From Malacoraja senta (lineage: Eukaryota), in contig CM075990.1 of the NCBI GenBank assembly GCA_038087875.1, positions 5,582,001 to 5,646,000 of the forward strand: a stretch of 64,000 nt of DNA. The letters run 5' to 3'. The position numbers were made by a program, and so were the translations under genes. The notes below the pieces were generated by a model. The model was not told where the DNA came from and did not search any database. It worked only from the letters and a program-made list of their open reading frames with translations. Shown here in pieces: positions 62,232 through 64,000 of this stretch (the first letter of the stretch is position 1; every line of letters begins with the position of its first letter).

Positions 62232-62366
62232 TATCCTTTGGCCTTTTCACTTAACTTCAGTAAGTGGACGTGTAGACACCCCTGGATGTTCAGGCTCTTG
62301 GCTGGCATGGATGTGTCTGAGCTTACAGCACCTTGTGACTTGATCACAAAAGGCATCAGACTGTTG
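62232..62366 (+). CDS. PALD1: Paladin internal exon (gene continues beyond the window)
   Basis: ttccag|TAT ... TTG|gtaagt. Encodes YPLAFSLNFSKWTCRHPWMFRLLAGMDVSELTAPCDLITKGIRLL. Confidence 0.93.
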
Positions 62367-64000
62367 GTAAGTTTGAAGCTGAACATTGTGTGTAAGGACT
62401 GACAGAGCACCCATATTGTCATCAGCTTTGAGCAAATGCTCTAATCTAACCACTCCCTCTGTTAAGGGATTCCCTTCCTAAATCTCTCAGTTCTACCCCT
62501 CCCTTTCCTCCTCTGGTTTTTAAACCCTTTATGATCAAACTAGGTCAGCCATTCTGGCTCACTTTGTTTGATAGCATCCTGTGAAGGGTCTTGCAATGAT
62601 TTACTATATTAAAGGTGTTACATAAATGGAGCGTATTGGTGTGTATTTTATTTGATTCCAGAAATTTTCCACAACAGGCTACAAAATAAATCCCCATCTT
62701 TTATTTGAGGGGCATTGTGTCAGGAATGTCTATGATTTTGGTTTTGGAGGATACTCTGTGAACTCTGCTTAGTCTTTCATACTATCCAGACATTGCCGTC
62801 TTTCTATCTCCATCTAGATTATACTGAACTATTACTAGGCCATTAGCCTGATACTAAACTCCTTTCCCATGGCTACAGGCATCTTGCTGCTTACACTGCA
62901 ATAAGTTAACTTAGCTCCTTCCTGGAACTGCACTGCTCTCATGAACTTTCATTGTCACCTTTAGTTTGGTTTAGTTTAGAGATACAGCGCGGAAACAGGC
63001 CCTTCGGCCCACCGAGTCCTCGCTGACCAGCGATCCCCGCACACTGACACTATCCTATGGTCACGGGGAGAACGTACAAACTCTGCAAAGTCAGCACCTG
63101 TAGTCGGGATCGAACCCGGGTCTCTGGCGCTGAAAGCGCTGTAAGGCTGCAACTCTGCCGCTGTTCCACCGTGCCGCCCCAAATTTTACAACGGCATGAT
63201 GATAATGACTCTATAGAGTACAAAGGGAAACATTTAACTACACCCTGCCACCTCCTCAAAATAGGCGGTTAAGTTAGTCTACACAAACTTCCCTTAACAG
63301 TTCCGTGTCCTTGGTCAAGCTGTGCTTGTCTAAATGAATGTTTTCTCCATCTCTCTCAATTAATTCCTTTCATTTGATCACCACCCAATTACCACTTAAA
63401 CTAACAATTCCGTAGCAGTTTATATCTTCCTGCTAACAAATAGTATGTTGGCAACCCTGTAATCCTCTGGCACTTCTCCAGCAATCAGAGGGGATTGAAA
63501 CATGATTGTCAAACCCTTTGCAGTTTCCGCCTTTGCTGCTTTGAGCAGCCCAGAGTACATTTGTGGGTGGGCCTGGCAATTTGTCCACTTTGAAAGATGC
63601 GAGACCCCTTCATGTTTCTTCCTCTATGTCTATTTGTTCAATATTCCACACTCTACCTCTTGAACCATAATATTGTCATCTTGTGAAAACTGCTGCGAGG
63701 TACTCATGGTGCTGTGCCCATAACTTCTGCCTCCACTCACCTTCCAGTTGGCAGTCTGTGAGGCCCGATCCTCTTGTTCTTTGGTGTAATTTACAAAAAC
63801 ATCCAAAGGACTCTCTTGTATTCTAATGTGACTGTGCTGCAGGGGTATTTGTCAAAATAAGCATGTAGGTGAGGTTGATTTATTTTAATAAAGTTACTGT
63901 ATAAATGTTGTTACTGTTAATGGCATAAGACTTGGGAATGGAGGGGAAAGTTAGAAATCAGTAAGGTTACATAGCTGCCTGATTGCTAGTGTACTGTTCA

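Overview
Vertebrate genomic DNA, very probably a cartilaginous fish (skate/ray-like), judged from the repeats: HE1-type V-SINEs, CR1 LINEs, Deu-domain SINEs, Rex1 and Penelope elements. The window holds three spliced genes in the same order and orientation as human EIF4EBP2(+)-NODAL(-)-PALD1(+): eif4ebp2 exons 2-3 (3987-7322, +), nodal exons 2-3 (25500-17993, -; intact 7-cysteine ligand domain) and eight consecutive internal pald1 exons (33480-62366, +). All exons were read by hand, with GT/AG sites and matching phases. A 200-N gap (29413-29612) probably hides nodal exon 1 and the first pald1 coding exons. The rest is mostly transposon-derived. The most interesting observations are: an Arg/Gly-repeat basic tract just before the Nodal processing site; many short Penelope-derived insertions with minimal hammerhead-ribozyme cores and long target duplications, three of them at the same position of the V-SINE; an apparent non-tRNA SINE-like family with a shared hairpin and Rex1-like tails; and a 28-bp hAT element made only of its two termini. 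I found no evidence of a wholly new protein-coding system. Gene names rest on recalled motifs and synteny, not on database searches.
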